Assembly (NCBI RefSeq): GCF_964355755.1
Contig: NC_092670.1
Coordinates: 39,668,388 to 39,732,387, forward strand
Direction of reading: 5' to 3'
DNA from: Antedon mediterranea
Lineage: Eukaryota > Animalia > Echinodermata
DNA: 64,000 nt
Shown here in pieces: positions 15,001 through 27,086 of the stretch (positions are counted from its first letter, which is position 1; each line of letters starts with the position of its first letter). Below the pieces are notes generated by a model. It did not search any database, was not told where the DNA came from, and worked only from the letters and a program-made list of their open reading frames with translations. The position numbers and the translations under genes are program-made.

Positions 15001-15234
15001 ACAGGATTTTCAGATGAGTTAACCTGCGTGAACAGAGGACTCACTGAAAGTATAGGCGATTGTATCTTGCAATAAGACAACCTCAAATGATGGAGGTATA
15101 ACATCTATTTTTATACCTTCATGCTCAAATTATCTTAAACTCGTAAAATATATGAATTATTCAAAACACTTACTAATTAATACAGGTAAAAGCAATCCAA
15201 ATATTACACACAACGTAAACTTGCTTGGTGCCAT
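96..15234 (-). CDS. Mosaic extracellular protein: signal peptide, 2x LDLa, YWTD (LDLR class B) beta-propeller, C-type lectin, >=7 HYR (hyalin) repeats; 3' part continues beyond window start
   Basis: Phase-consistent GT-AG exons: 15174-15234 ([20 protein letters not shown], signal peptide, inferred first exon); 8371-8487 and 7828-7980 (LDLa: [16 protein letters not shown]); 6350-6595, 5519-5681, 5266-5390, 4731-5015 (YITD, FWTD, FWSD, YYTD); 3995-4243 and 3524-3643 (CTL: WIG, EPN, WND); 2932-3198, 2473-2721, 2134-2382, 1698-1946, 1079-1327, 690-938, 96-356 (HYR: P.F..CP...A.DNS...F.IG.T...ATD..GN...C.F). About 1097 codons in window. Confidence 0.85.
4531..4695. mobile_element. Small TIR MITE
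   Basis: GGCCAACTCAGACAGC...GCTGTCTGAGGTGGCA inverted ends. Confidence 0.55.
5793..5925 (+). mobile_element. Solo Penelope pLTR fragment (same family as 38591)
   Basis: Reverse complement of ~38591-38721, flanked by near-direct repeats TATCATATATGCA / TATCATATATATGCA. Confidence 0.75.
7041..7836. repeat. 22-bp minisatellite derived from an exon/intron junction, split by a transposon
   Basis: Unit AACTTACTGAGTGATGTAACTT, about 4 copies on each side of 7127-7752. Confidence 0.85.
7127..7752. mobile_element. Non-autonomous DNA transposon with TTAA TSD and AG..CT ends (Kolobok-like)
   Basis: TTAA|AGCCCCATTCCCTAC...GCAGGGAAGGGGTCT|TTAA, with imperfect TIRs. Confidence 0.7.
10043..12601 (-). mobile_element. 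5'-truncated CR1/L2-group (Crack/Daphne-like) non-LTR retrotransposon in intron 1 of the mosaic gene; frameshifted RT
   Basis: ORFs 11325-12323 ([19 protein letters not shown]) and 10373-11503 (GVPQGS, YADD, KFLGV) join through a frameshift near 11330. The 3' UTR has a stem-loop (10200-10240) and an (ATATG)n tail at ~10043-10065. Confidence 0.9.
13075..13291 (+). mobile_element. 5'-truncated copy of the same SINE subfamily as 47086
   Basis: Near-identical core and 3' tail to 47175-47380. Confidence 0.85.
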
Positions 15235-15920
15235 TGCTACGACATACCTATACTGTCTTTAGGTTACGATTGTTCAAATTCAGGATTACACAGCTATTAA
15301 TTAGAGGTATGTACGTGAACGAAAAATATAACCGCTTTTGAAAAGACTCGATGAAGCGATTCATTAAACTAACTTTCTATAGCAGGATTATCAATAAAGC
15401 CACGGTCTGTCAATTCTTCCTATTATAGTGAAAGCGGCGGCAACTCCACCCATTGTAGATTTAGTGTCGCAAAATAGAACGCTATAATGAATAGGATCGG
15501 TACGTCACTTTTTGACGTAGACGATCTTAATACGGGGAGGATATAAATAGGTCCCGTCGCGTTTTCCGCATAATTCTGTTTCCGCGCGCATGCATTCGAC
15601 TTCAGTATTTGTCAGTATTTTATTGGTAGGCCCTACAGTAGGCCTACTCACTTTAGAATCAGTGGCACACACCTTTCAGTGGTGCGTTCATACAAAATAA
15701 ACAACAACATTCAAAAAGTAAATGATACTAACTTACATGATTACAGGTAATCAAGAAAAAAAAAAAAATAAATAAATAAAACCAAAAAAACTAATACATA
15801 TGATTGTAGTAATCATACTAATCAAATGAAAAAAAAATAAAATAAATAAATAAAAATGTCAAAAATGAAATCCGCTTTATCATTCGAATCTTGCAACCAG
15901 GGAAGAGTGGAATTTTATAA

Positions 15921-16047
15921 AGCTCTGTCTACACTATCAAACTTTATGTGAAATGTGATGTGCTTATATATGCCTATTTTGTCAATCACTACCATATTTG
16001 GGCACATCTCACTTTTTTCAAACTAGTTTGATGGTGTAGACAAAGCT
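15921..16047. mobile_element. Harbinger/Tourist-like MITE family AGCTCTGTCTACACTATCAAAC (representative copy; ~16 copies in window)
   Basis: ~22-bp TIR and TAA/TTA TSD (TAA..TAA here and at 28582, 52079; TTA..TTA at 51181). Other copies: 3266-3415, 24085-24220, 28582-28679, 29205-29256, 34011-34138, 45746-45902, 46869-47038, 51181-51345, 52079-52243, 53755-53911, 56685-56836, 57262-57341, 62860-62981, 63272-63457, 63623-63741. Confidence 0.85.
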
Positions 16048-17733
16048 TAAGAAACATATAAATAATTATGTTAAGATAATTAAATGATGTATGTTCATTT
16101 TTTAATATGCTATTTTTTTTTAATGTATGTGCAATATAGCCTAGTTGTGTTCACCATATCATAAAGAAGACATTATGTTAATATTACTTACTATGAATAT
16201 TTTTAATTAGGCCTAAACAAATAAAAAAACAAACAAACTGACTTTGGGGTTGGGTCAACCGGCTCAGCTACAGTGATTAAGTTCACTTAGGTTGACCCTG
16301 GTCTCCCCAATTTCTTTTTTTGTTTTGTATATACTTAAATAGACCAAATAAATAATGAAATGAAATGAAATGAAAATAATAACCGCCTGTTTTTATAAAC
16401 ATGTTGTAAATTATTCATACGGCATCATAATTAACTGAATATTATACCAATATATCATACCTCTTACCATATTCGTTATAATATTCCATATGTTTTACAT
16501 GAATCCATAATATTTAATTTTTATTAAACCGTCGTTTCTATTTGGTGCACGCAACGTTGCGAGGTTTCGTGACAGATGTTTTAGTTAAAACGAACTTATA
16601 AAAAATGCTGGAAGCAAGAAAGTACGTTTAATCTTCACGTAATACTACGATTCACGTAGTACACAAAAAAGCGCGCGTAAGCGCAAGTGAGTTGACTAAT
16701 GACAAACCACTGTTTGAATAATCCATCGCTTGTGATTGGTCAAATCACTTACGTTGCGTTATGTCCTTGCGTTGTGTCGCTAGTGGCTTGGGAACCAAGC
16801 TGTACTGCGCACAAAGAAAATGTTCATTTAAAAAAAAATTTTTGCGTTCTTTATTTTCTTTCACATTAATGAATTTGTGAATTATTTCATACGAATTTAC
16901 TATTACTATCACATCGTACACAGTATGCTTAAGAAAAGATTCGTAAGGAGGTTGAACACGCAATTTTCGTCGTCAGTTTTTTAACGCGCTTCACTGTCCG
17001 TGAAAATTTTTTGTCCTGATTTTTTTTTGTATTTAAGACAGGACCACAATTTGCAAAACAGGTTTTATTTTACCTGATTGTGTAATCTTGGATAAAGATG
17101 TTGTTAAATAAATAAATAAAGATTCGATATCTTAAGAGTGTTTCACACTTCCCTGGTTCATCATACATTTTAATTGTGTGGTATAGGTCATCTATATTTT
17201 AAGATAGTATATATAACAGGACGATGGTATATAATGAATTGAACAAAAAAAAACCACACCCCATAACTCACTTTATGATTTTTTTTTTTAAACCTTCAAC
17301 AAAAATTCTCTGAGAACCGTAAAAACAATAAGACAAGACAACAAGACATACATTTTATTTTTGCATTTAATATTCAGAACAAAGTAATACCGTAATTGAC
17401 AATTACCTGAAATCAAAAATATACCAATTGTGTTTTCAAGTTAAAATTCAATAGAAATTAGTTTCGGCTAATGAATTTTTGTAAATTGTTTAAAAAAAAA
17501 CCAGATTATTTAGACAATTTGAATATTTAATTGATCGTTTTTGACACAATGAAGAGAAGTTTGACGCGCTTCACCAAAGTTGTTTCAAAGTAAATCTTGG
17601 GTTTTCTGCAAAGACGCGATCAATGACGTCATGCAACGCCGCGTAAACTTCAGGTGTCCTAATGATTAACGGTATTTGATTAAACTACTCTCTAGTTGTC
17701 TTTGTCTGAAGGTTTAGTGAAACATTTAAAGCA

Positions 17734-20700
17734 CTAATTATTGTTTGTAATAACATCATTGATCCAGGAGATGTAATTGGCGACCTTTGTGTATACACCA
17801 GGTTTGCGTGCATCAGCACAGCCATAGCCCCAACTTACAACGCCTGCAAGGTCATATGCTCCATCAGAATCTAGACAAACAAATGGTCCACCACTGTCTC
17901 CCTGTTTAATAACAACAAACCTCAAAATATTACGGTAGCTGCTTCTAAAAGAAGTGAACTTTTAACCTACTAATTTGTAAATGGTTTTAAATAAACAGTT
18001 AAAGATATAATAATCCCCTTGAAAAATAATTTGTTTAAATGTTTTTGTGATTATGCAATTTTAATGACACGTAATAGTTATGCACTTTGACCAAAAATTG
18101 GAATAAAAAAAATAATTTTCTGAAAAAACTGTAATTTAAGCAAAGAAAAATAGCCAAATTAAATGGAAGTCAGTGGCATTTATTTTGTCTTTTTACAAAT
18201 GAAAACATTATTTTTTTGTTTGGTTTTGTTTTGTACGGAAGAAAACATCTTTAAAGTAAAAGTAAAAAAAAACCCAGTTAAACAGCGTGCAATAAGAACA
18301 ATTATTAATTAAAACTGATAGATAATATACGTACTTGACAGGAATCCATGCCACCATCTGCAAATCCTGCACAAAACATGTTATCGGTTATATCGCCACC
18401 ATACCACAGCAGCTGATTACACGTAGCAGTGTCTATGATAGGTACACTAACCTGTTGCAGTGTTTTTATTTCACTCGAAGCTGATTGAAAATTCAAGAAT
18501 TGTTATGTTATTTAATATTAAATATATAACAATTTATTTGGAAGCTACACTTGTGAAACAGTGGCACACTTCTTGAATGAAGGTGCGTCCAGAGTAAGTA
18601 AAATACAAGGTTAGAGAACAAAAAATGATTTAACAATAGGCCTATTTACAACGAAACTAATTAATTTTTGGTCTATTGTTCCATTATTAAATTGGTTCTA
18701 AACATCAATCAATTCAATGTAAAACTCAAATGGTAAATACAGGACACATACAGTATAATTGTTTGAATTCAATTGATACACTTATCTTGGAAAAAACACA
18801 TTGGAATAATAAATTAAAGCCCTAAACATGCTGTCAATGGTGAAAAAAGATATTCTTTATTACAAATTAGTGATTCTACTGTAGTTAAAGATGTATTGCC
18901 CCCCACCCCCACCCCCACCCCTGAAAAATACCTTTTATGCCATTTTAATGCCACCTAAATAGTTATCCACTTTGACCAAAAATTGGATTAAAAAAAATGT
19001 ATTTACCTTAAAAACTGTAATTTAATTGTCTGTCACCAATGGTTTTTTGGTTGAATTTAACCATTTATTTTGTCATTTGATAAGTGAAACATTAATTTTT
19101 TCGGTTTCTACAGCTCACTATATCGGTCGGTCGGTAAACACTAACTTGAGAACGCGACTGCAGCCATGGCCTTGTTTAGTTTTAATAAAAGTTACAGTAA
19201 TCACTTTCTAAACTAAATAAACAAGGCCATATACATGGCTGCAGTTGCGTGCTCAAGTTTGTGTTTACTGACCTACCGACCGACCGACCAACCGACAGAC
19301 ATAGTGAGCTGTAGAGTCGCGTTGCATGCGACTAAAATAATCTATTCAAAGTCTTATTTTATCAATTTTTGTTTTTCATGTTTTTGGGGGACAATACATA
19401 TTTAAATCTTTAATTATCAAGCTTTAAATAAAGTTTATATACCGTAATACCAGATAAATAAGTTTAACGTACTTTCAGTATCACCCCATCCTGTAACAAC
19501 GCATTCAGCTTTATAAGATTGCAAATCTTTGTCCGGTAGACATACAGGGGAGATATATTTGGTGAACTGTACCGTACTGTCAAGTTTCAACAAAGCAATA
19601 TCATTATCCAGTGTTCTGTCGTTGTAGTTCTCGTGAAGGAATACGTTGGAAACTCCATACGATTTTTGGTTAGAATCTATGGCGTCTCTCTCGTGAGCTC
19701 CTAATACTACTTCATAATTCTCTACCTTTGGCTTTTTCGTCCTTAAAAGGTGAAAAAAATATAGGAAGTGTTTATATTCCTTCATTCTTTATGGTAATGA
19801 ATACGTCAATAATTGATTTTAATTCTAATAGAAGGCTCACCGTATTGCAAAACTAATTGAACATTTTGTACTGGACTTTAAAATGTCAAGAATCATTACA
19901 GAATAGTTTGTATAGCTTATGCATTCATGTAAGCAAGTGCGTCTATGGTTTTAGAATAAGAGTTTTGAGTTGTGAAAATGATCTTGTTATGTGTACTACG
20001 AACTGTTTACGATCTTCAAATCCCTTCACTAAATAGGAGAAAATCCTATTTTAGGTAGATTTCCTTTTTGTATTGTTTGTTGTGTATGAAATATTTATTC
20101 TGAAATAAAGTTATCAATCAGTTATGGTCTATCCGTATTCTTCGAAATCGAGTCAAATGGCCGAGCGGTTAAGGCAGTTAAGCGGTTTACCGTACCTAAA
20201 GAACCAGCCAACATCGGCAAGGGTTCGAGGCCGACTCGATCCTTATAGTTCTGATGGAGGAACAAGTCTTCTCGAATAAGGACTATAACCCGTAGGTCCA
20301 GTGTACACACCTGTGTGCACTTTAAAGAACCCAGTTCATTATTCGAGAAGAGTAGGGGATACCCCGGTGAACTGGTTCACAAAATAGCCCCTGTATCAGG
20401 GGGATTATCACCTATCTGATAGGACAGTGATACATTTACTATTGGTAATCCTTGGCCACATTGCCTAAAGACATAAAATAAAATAACAAAATAATAAATA
20501 AACAGGAAACATACGGCTAGCTATTTGGGTCTATATTGTTGCCTACGTACCCTATGCAATGACCAGCAGTTACAACCCATTTATCGTTGATGAGCGAGCC
20601 ACCACAGAACTGATAGCTGCCAGAAGTAAGGGCATACTTCTGTCGAAAGTTTACTTGCCAAGGCCAGCTTCCTGGTCTCGCTTCCACACCACCGACAATC

Positions 20701-21404
20701 TTGAGGTTTGAAGGAGATATTGCTTGTTTCCCACAATCTAGAAATAATATAAAATATAAATACCAAACTTCTCAGAAAAATGTATGAAATCATTTCATTA
20801 TCTTCTTCGATTTTAATTATTTCAACGAACAAAACACAGTGGAGATATAAAGTCAACCTTTCCGCAACATGTTGGTTGAATGGAGAACACAATAAATACA
20901 ACCGTCGCAGTTTATTTTTAAGCCTACTACCCAACTAAGTTTAAGCGATTTGATCTCGCATAAGGTGCAATAAATTTGAAATGGGAGGAATACAAAATAA
21001 TTTAGTCTTAATAAGTATGACTCAATTGAAAATGCGCTTTTTTAATCAATCTAACAACAGGATGCTGAGCTTCCGAGATCAAAGGGTTTATCTGTGGCTG
21101 CAACACGATCACTTCCACGCGCAGAGAATAAGTAGGCCTACATAGTACAGTACATACAGTTGGTATTTGTCGCAGCCAGACATAAGATCAAAGGACTGTT
21201 ACAAAGTTGTTAGATTGCCTTGGTTAAAGCTAACGACCAATGATGATGACTTACATAGTTTTGGCCCGCCGTTGAATGTAAATGTCGCATACCTATAGCC
21301 ATATACTTTTAAAGAGTCTAAAAAATATCTAAAATGAATACATTACCTGCTGCTGCAGCAGCGACGATCAGACAGCTGAGTAAAGCGAGTTTTGCGAACA
21401 TCAT
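17734..21404 (-). CDS. Secreted trypsin-like S1A serine protease zymogen (~275 aa)
   Basis: Exons 21347-21404 (signal [19 protein letters not shown]), 20551-20737 (CG...K|IVGG, WPWQV, TAGHC), 19473-19741 (DNDIALL, VTGWG), 18335-18480 (DSCQ, S1 Asp), 17734-17901 (GDSGGP, KPGVY). Total 828 nt, frame intact. Confidence 0.93.
18889..19401. mobile_element. Kolobok-like non-autonomous element (TTAA TSD) with a nested Helentron/DINE-like palindrome
   Basis: TTAA|AGATGTATTGCCCCC...GGGGGACAATACATAT|TTAA. Related ends occur at ~13403, ~18002, ~23900 and ~52584. Confidence 0.65.
20149..20501 (+). mobile_element. tRNA-derived SINE, second subfamily (shared core, different 3' tail)
   Basis: A/B boxes, GAATAAGGACTATAA-CCGTAGGTCC core, A-rich tail. 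Confidence 0.85.
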
Positions 21405-21454
21405 GTACCAGTACGGGTCTTCGTTCCGGAAAAAGTAAAAAATGGCTCCACGCG

Positions 21455-21470
21455 AGCTTTATTTAAAGCA
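21455..21470 (-). promoter_or_regulatory. TATA-like box of the protease gene
   Basis: TTTAAATAAAAG (-) about 55-60 nt upstream of the ATG at 21404. Confidence 0.4.
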
Positions 21471-21957
21471 TCAGGCATGTTGTTTTCGTCAATTCGTTCG
21501 GTTTTATCAAGATGCATTATCAAGATGCTATCATGACCAACATATTGCTGACGCAAATGCAAGAAACATTTGTCGTTTTTCCCATATTCACCCCTCAGTA
21601 GTAGAGTCATCGCTTTGAAAAATACCCTAGATGTCCAAGATATATTTTCAAAAAAACCAATGTGCACTAAAGTTGGCCTTGCCATATTGTATGTGAAATA
21701 CATACATTTACATACACATATTATACATTTTAGCGATTATATTTTTTAAGGATTTGAAACGATGCTGTAAATTGTAAAAAAATATAATAAACAGGAAATA
21801 GTGACATTTCACTCTTCCCTGGTAAAACTTATACAAGTTGAAGAAAAAAATTGTCAAAAGTCAATAAAAAAGTGAATTAGTTTTAAAAACGAACATTTGT
21901 AATATGTGCCAAAAACTTTTAATCATTGAAGAAATTTTAAAATTAACTTCTAAACAA

Positions 21958-22111
21958 AGCTTGGTCCCGCTAGCGATGCAACGCAAGTGATTTGACCAAT
22001 AACAAGCGATGGATTAATCGAACTGTTACTTGTGATTGGTCAACTGGCTTTCGTAAGTTGCGTCTACGTTCTTGCGTTGCGCGTCTCTCGTGGGAAGTTG
22101 GAACCAAGCTT
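21958..22111. mobile_element. MITE with AGCTTGGT(T)CC TIR; related copy ~16670-16801
   Basis: AGCTTGGTCCC...GGAACCAAGCT ends; internal TTGACCAAT(A/C)ACAAGCGATGGATTA shared with ~16715-16745. Confidence 0.6.
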
Positions 22112-22256
22112 TAGGTCTGTGGGGTCCAGAAACATGGCTCGGTGTCCTAAAAAGTATATTATATTTTAGTTTAGAAGCAGCTCTCTTATGATTTGTCTAT
22201 TGTTATGGAAGCACTTATGTAGTGCCATTATCTAAACAATCAAATACCGACACTTT

Positions 22257-22362
22257 AGCTTGTTTTCCACTAGGCGATTTTTTTTTTTATTTCTATCGCG
22301 TTTCTGACACGTAGTGGAAAATGGTGCAGAGCGCGACCAAATTCGTCAAGTTGAAAACAAGC
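22257..22362. mobile_element. Short MITE
   Basis: AGCTTGTTTTCCAC...GTTGAAAACAAGCT inverted ends. Confidence 0.5.
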
Positions 22363-22717
22363 TACTTTATCTAAGATAATTCAAAATTAAACTCGATATA
22401 GGCCTATGTAATCATAATGTAATCTTTTAGGTAGTTCAGGTGTTGTGTTCTCAGTTTAATCTGCTTAATTATGTTTGTTAAATTAATCAGTACTAATTGT
22501 TTCAATAATTGGGTTACAATTGTAATACAGGAAAACAAACATACTGCCACGTTGTCTGTTTCCAAAAGATAAGCACTTTCAAAGAGGGAGAGTGTGCGTG
22601 AAAGAGAACAAAGACAAGAAGGAGGAGGAGTTAGATTTCATATCGGTTGTAACCTATACTTTTGTGCCACTTTAACGACATGATTTGAAGACTATAAGCA
22701 GCTTGTTCTTAGTACAT

Positions 22718-23067
22718 TTTTATGTTATTTTTTTATTTTATGTCTTTAGGCAATGTGGCCAAGGATTACCAATAGTGAATCAATCACTGTCCTATCAGAT
22801 AGGTGGTAATCCCCCTGATACAGAGGCTATTGTGTGAACCAGTTCACCGGGGTAACCCCCTACTCGTTTCGAATAATGAACTGGGTTCTTTAAAGTACAC
22901 ACAGGTTAACTGTGTACACTGGACCTACGGTTTATAGTCCTTATCCGAGAAGACTTGTTCCACCACCAGAATTAGGAGCGAGTCGGCCTCGAACCCTTGC
23001 TGATGTTGTTGGTGCTTTAGGTACGGTTAACGCCGCCACTGCCTTAACTGCTCGGCCATTTGACTCG
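22718..23067 (-). mobile_element. tRNA-derived SINE, second subfamily, inverted relative to the 20149 copy
   Basis: The reverse complement aligns with 20149-20490 over ~330 bp. Confidence 0.85.
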
Positions 23068-23680
23068 CATTCAATGACAGCTAAAATGATAGTGCAGTTT
23101 TATTGATATAACAAACATTTATAGTTACAAGTTATTCACATATCTCTGAGTGTGATGAGTGCTTTTTAATACACATGAAATTTAACATAACAAATATTTT
23201 TTAACCTGGCTACACAATAAACACCTTTTTGCACCAAGGGTAGAATCCATTTTTACATAAATAAATTACAAAACTCTCCTATCATGGAGCTATATTCATG
23301 CTCTTATTCAGAGTAATTATATATATATACATAGATACATGTTAGTATGAGCATGCAGCTAATTTTATAGCTCCATGGTATGAGCACCTACACACATTGT
23401 TAAAATAACCGTGAATTGGTTTGTTTTCATTCATCCACGATCTCTGACCTGGGTTATTTTATGACTATTGGCTTGTCAGCAGCTTAATACTGACCAATCA
23501 GTGGCTGTTAAGCTTGTCAGCAGCTTAACATTGACCAATCAGTGGCTGTTAAGCTTGTCTGAGCTGCATTGATAGCCTCAAAAGCTGTAGGGGTGTGTCA
23601 CTTAGCATGTACAATAATGCATCACCAGGTATATCATCAGTACAATAATACATTATCAGGTATATTATCAGTACAATAAG

Positions 23681-26505
23681 CTACCGTCTACGATGTCGTC
23701 GCAAATTCTGGGGCCAGTTCGGATCTGAAACCACGACAGTTCGACAAATAACATCATAAGCTGCGCGAAAATTAGGATTAAAAAACACAGTAATGCATAC
23801 AGGAAAAAAGAACGCCATAGAAAAGTTCTTGATAAATGCTCGCAGAAATGACCTGAAATAACGAAGGATGTTAAACAAATTAACGATGAATACAATTTAA
23901 AGATGTCCCCCAAAAACATTAAAAATGAAAATTATTAAAATCAGACTTTAAAAGTCAATTTTGCAAAAAAAAAAAAACAAAAAATAATGATTTCACTTTA
24001 AAAAAGACAAACGAAACGGTTAATTTTAACCAAAACCCATTGTCTGACAGACAATTTAAGTATTTTTTGCTTTAAATTATTAAATCTACACTATCAAACC
24101 AGATCGACCACAAAAGAGTGATGTGCCCAAATATGGTAGTGATATGACATCATCATGTCCATATATGGGCACATCACAATTTTTCTTTGTCACATAAAGT
24201 TTGATAGTGTAGACAGAGCTTAATCATGGTACATACTGAGTGAAGCTGACATTTCCTGCAGGGTGTACAAGCACTTTGTTGCCACCTATACTTTGCACTC
24301 TATCACATGTGACAACACGTAACCCCATAAAGTATTTGCCAGGAGTTGCACCTCCAAATCTTAAAGTTGTCTTTACAAAAATTGTCTAGAAGAGAACATG
24401 ATCAATGAACATTAGAATACAAAAGACATTGTTCACCTAATTTGGCTTTTAAACGACTTAAAATAGGTGCTAAACAGTTTTTCTTGGAATTTGGAGGTTA
24501 ACTTATCAAGGCTTTTCAGGATGGATGATAATTAAAATATATACCAGTACTAGGTTATTAAGGGCCTGTTCAGACTTACAATCAAACCTGGTTATGCTTT
24601 CTTTCGTACGCGGCATACAATATAGGTCTGAATCAGGAAAAGATTAGTGGAAGCCACCTTGTACGACACTGATCCTTCGTTTGTTACAACAGCTCAAGGT
24701 ACAAGATTAGTGAACGATGCTTACAATACGAAAGTCATGCATCAACGATTTTGACCTCTAGCCAATCAAATTTACCCTTCATACCATTTGTTCGCCCAAA
24801 CACTTCAGTTTCTATCAAAAGCATTTGTTAAGAAAATCTGAACACTTTGCTGTTACGACGTTGATTATATTATAACATTGCTTCCAATACGAAAGCAGAA
24901 CTCTATGGATCTGAACATACCCTAAGAGGCATCTTTGGGTGGGTGCTAAATGAAAAATAAGACAGGTAGGTCCTAAAATAAATGGTTAGCCCCTCACCAC
25001 CATACATCCTTGCACCATATTTACCTCATACATGCAAACAAAGAGACGGTACAGAAGTGCCATCACCAACATCTGTTGTAAATCCTCCATAGTTGCCTGC
25101 TCATCTAGCTCTTCTACAAGGAATTTCATCATGAAACTCGACGTGTCTCTTTTTAAAAAAAAGTATATGAAATACTTTCAAGTTTATTACATTTAATATG
25201 CCATTATTACTTATCCGCAATATTTATTACTTTATGATTGAATAATAAATACTTATTCATATTTGATAGTAATAAACTTTATTATTAATTATTTTATCAT
25301 TGAATAATAAAATACATTTTATTCATATTTAATACAACAACCTATAAATAAAGTCTCCCAATACTGGACTCTCTGAAAACCAGAAACTCTCCAAATACCA
25401 GACTTTTCTCAAGGATCAAAAAGTTCCAGATTCATTTTTACCATTAAAAACTCATTCCAAATCCCAGACTTTCCGGAAAACCAGACATATTTGGTCAGCC
25501 TAAAGTTTTCCAGTATTGGGAGAGTTGACTGTATCAGATCCACCTCAATAGCATGAAATCTCTACGTTTGGTGCCATTTGATGTTTTAACTTACGATACT
25601 CCAATGTATTCAATGATAAACACAGAGACAACAAGCTTCATTGTAAATAAAAATAAGAAGTCTATAAATTCTGCCAGTAATCTGCGATGCAGAGAGGGTA
25701 CAGTAAACTCTTGACCTATAAATAAAACAGATATTCAATTACAATTGCTGATAGAATGGTGGTCAGGCTTGTCTCGGACCTCATATCAAATATCAAGTGA
25801 ACTCTCTCAGAAAACCCTGAAAAACTATCCCCATACTAGAAAAATGGTCGCATAAAGGGGTCAGGCAATACCCATTTGTTTGTGACTTAAATTCATTGTA
25901 TTGCCAATGATTAAAAAATGAATTGGCTAAATAATAAAATATAAACAAACAAAAAAGCATAGGCCTAGTAAAACAACTTTTTTGGGGTAAAAAAGTTTTC
26001 GATGAAACCAGTCGATTTAATAAAAATATGATGAGACTTTGTGTGTTTATATAATTGAATTAAATAGGTATATAATGAAAAACTGCATAGACCTACCAAT
26101 GGATTGATCTGTATTTTGGTGGGTGTTTTCAGTTCTTGCATCATGATGGACTGCCTGGGGTGGTGGTGGGGTTAGAAATGGTGGATTAGGTAATACAGGA
26201 TTTCCATTTAAAGAAGAACTTGGTGATGTTACGTTTGCATTTAGATTAGGATTACTACTGGCTGCATTAGCTCGAAAGTGTAGCCCTGCCGTCGAAGCAA
26301 AGTCATTGTAAGCTGGAAAGTTTGTACGGGAGAAATAATGCATCTGATACTGCCAAACCCATTCTGCAACTGCTCTACTGAATTCCTTTGAGCTGGGCCT
26401 AGGCGATCCTAGGTTTGTAAAGCCATTTCCAATGGTTTGTCGACAATTGTTATTTACTTGGCTTCTGTCAGGTAAGCCAGTTGTGTCTTTATTATGTGCT
26501 TTCAT
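23681..26505 (-). CDS. FAM8A1: FAM8A1 homolog (RDD-family membrane protein of the HRD1 ERAD complex), ~324 aa
   Basis: Exons 26097-26505, 25595-25715, 25025-25148, 24237-24385, 23681-23852. Motifs EFSRAVAEWVWQY, VPSLHRRLLAEFIDF, MEDLQQMLVMALLYR, GGATPGKYFMGLRVVTCD and RAFIKNFS..FFP..AYD match FAM8A1 as I recall it. Confidence 0.92.
24562..24922. mobile_element. Harbinger-like MITE (TAA TSD)
   Basis: TAA|GGGCCTGTTCAGAC...GATCTGAACATACCC|TAA. Confidence 0.6.
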
Positions 26506-27086
26506 GTTAACCTACTGCTGATCACCTACTAGCATGTTTTAATTACTACTGTACTAGGAAGGCTAGGCCTAGAAAATCAGTCTCCTCACGATCACACGAC
26601 GTACGTTCGCCGCGCTAACGACACCACCGACCGTATTCTTGATAACCTTTGACATAATTATGACGTAATGATAAAGAGATATTCAGCCGGTCGCGGGTTT
26701 TCGAGTAAAACGTGCAAAGACAAAATAAGGAACTCTATGCGTACCTATACTGTTGATAATTTATTTGTATTTTCATTTCACTTTATTCCCGTCATATTCA
26801 CTTAAATAACAATAATAAACTACACATTACGTGAAGATCCCTATAGGCTAAACTTGTATCGAAAGTATAGTTGAATCAAACCAGTTATTTCTCGGCACAT
26901 AATTTTACCATACAGTAATAATAAGTATAAAAATATTTCAAATGCCCTAATCTTTTTTATGTTTAATAGTGCATGAGCATTTTGGGACAAACACTGGATT
27001 GTTTATCATATAAAGACCCTCTGCACTCTCTCAGAAACATATTTTGTATTTTCATTATAAAAAAGATATTTACATTATAGTTTAAT

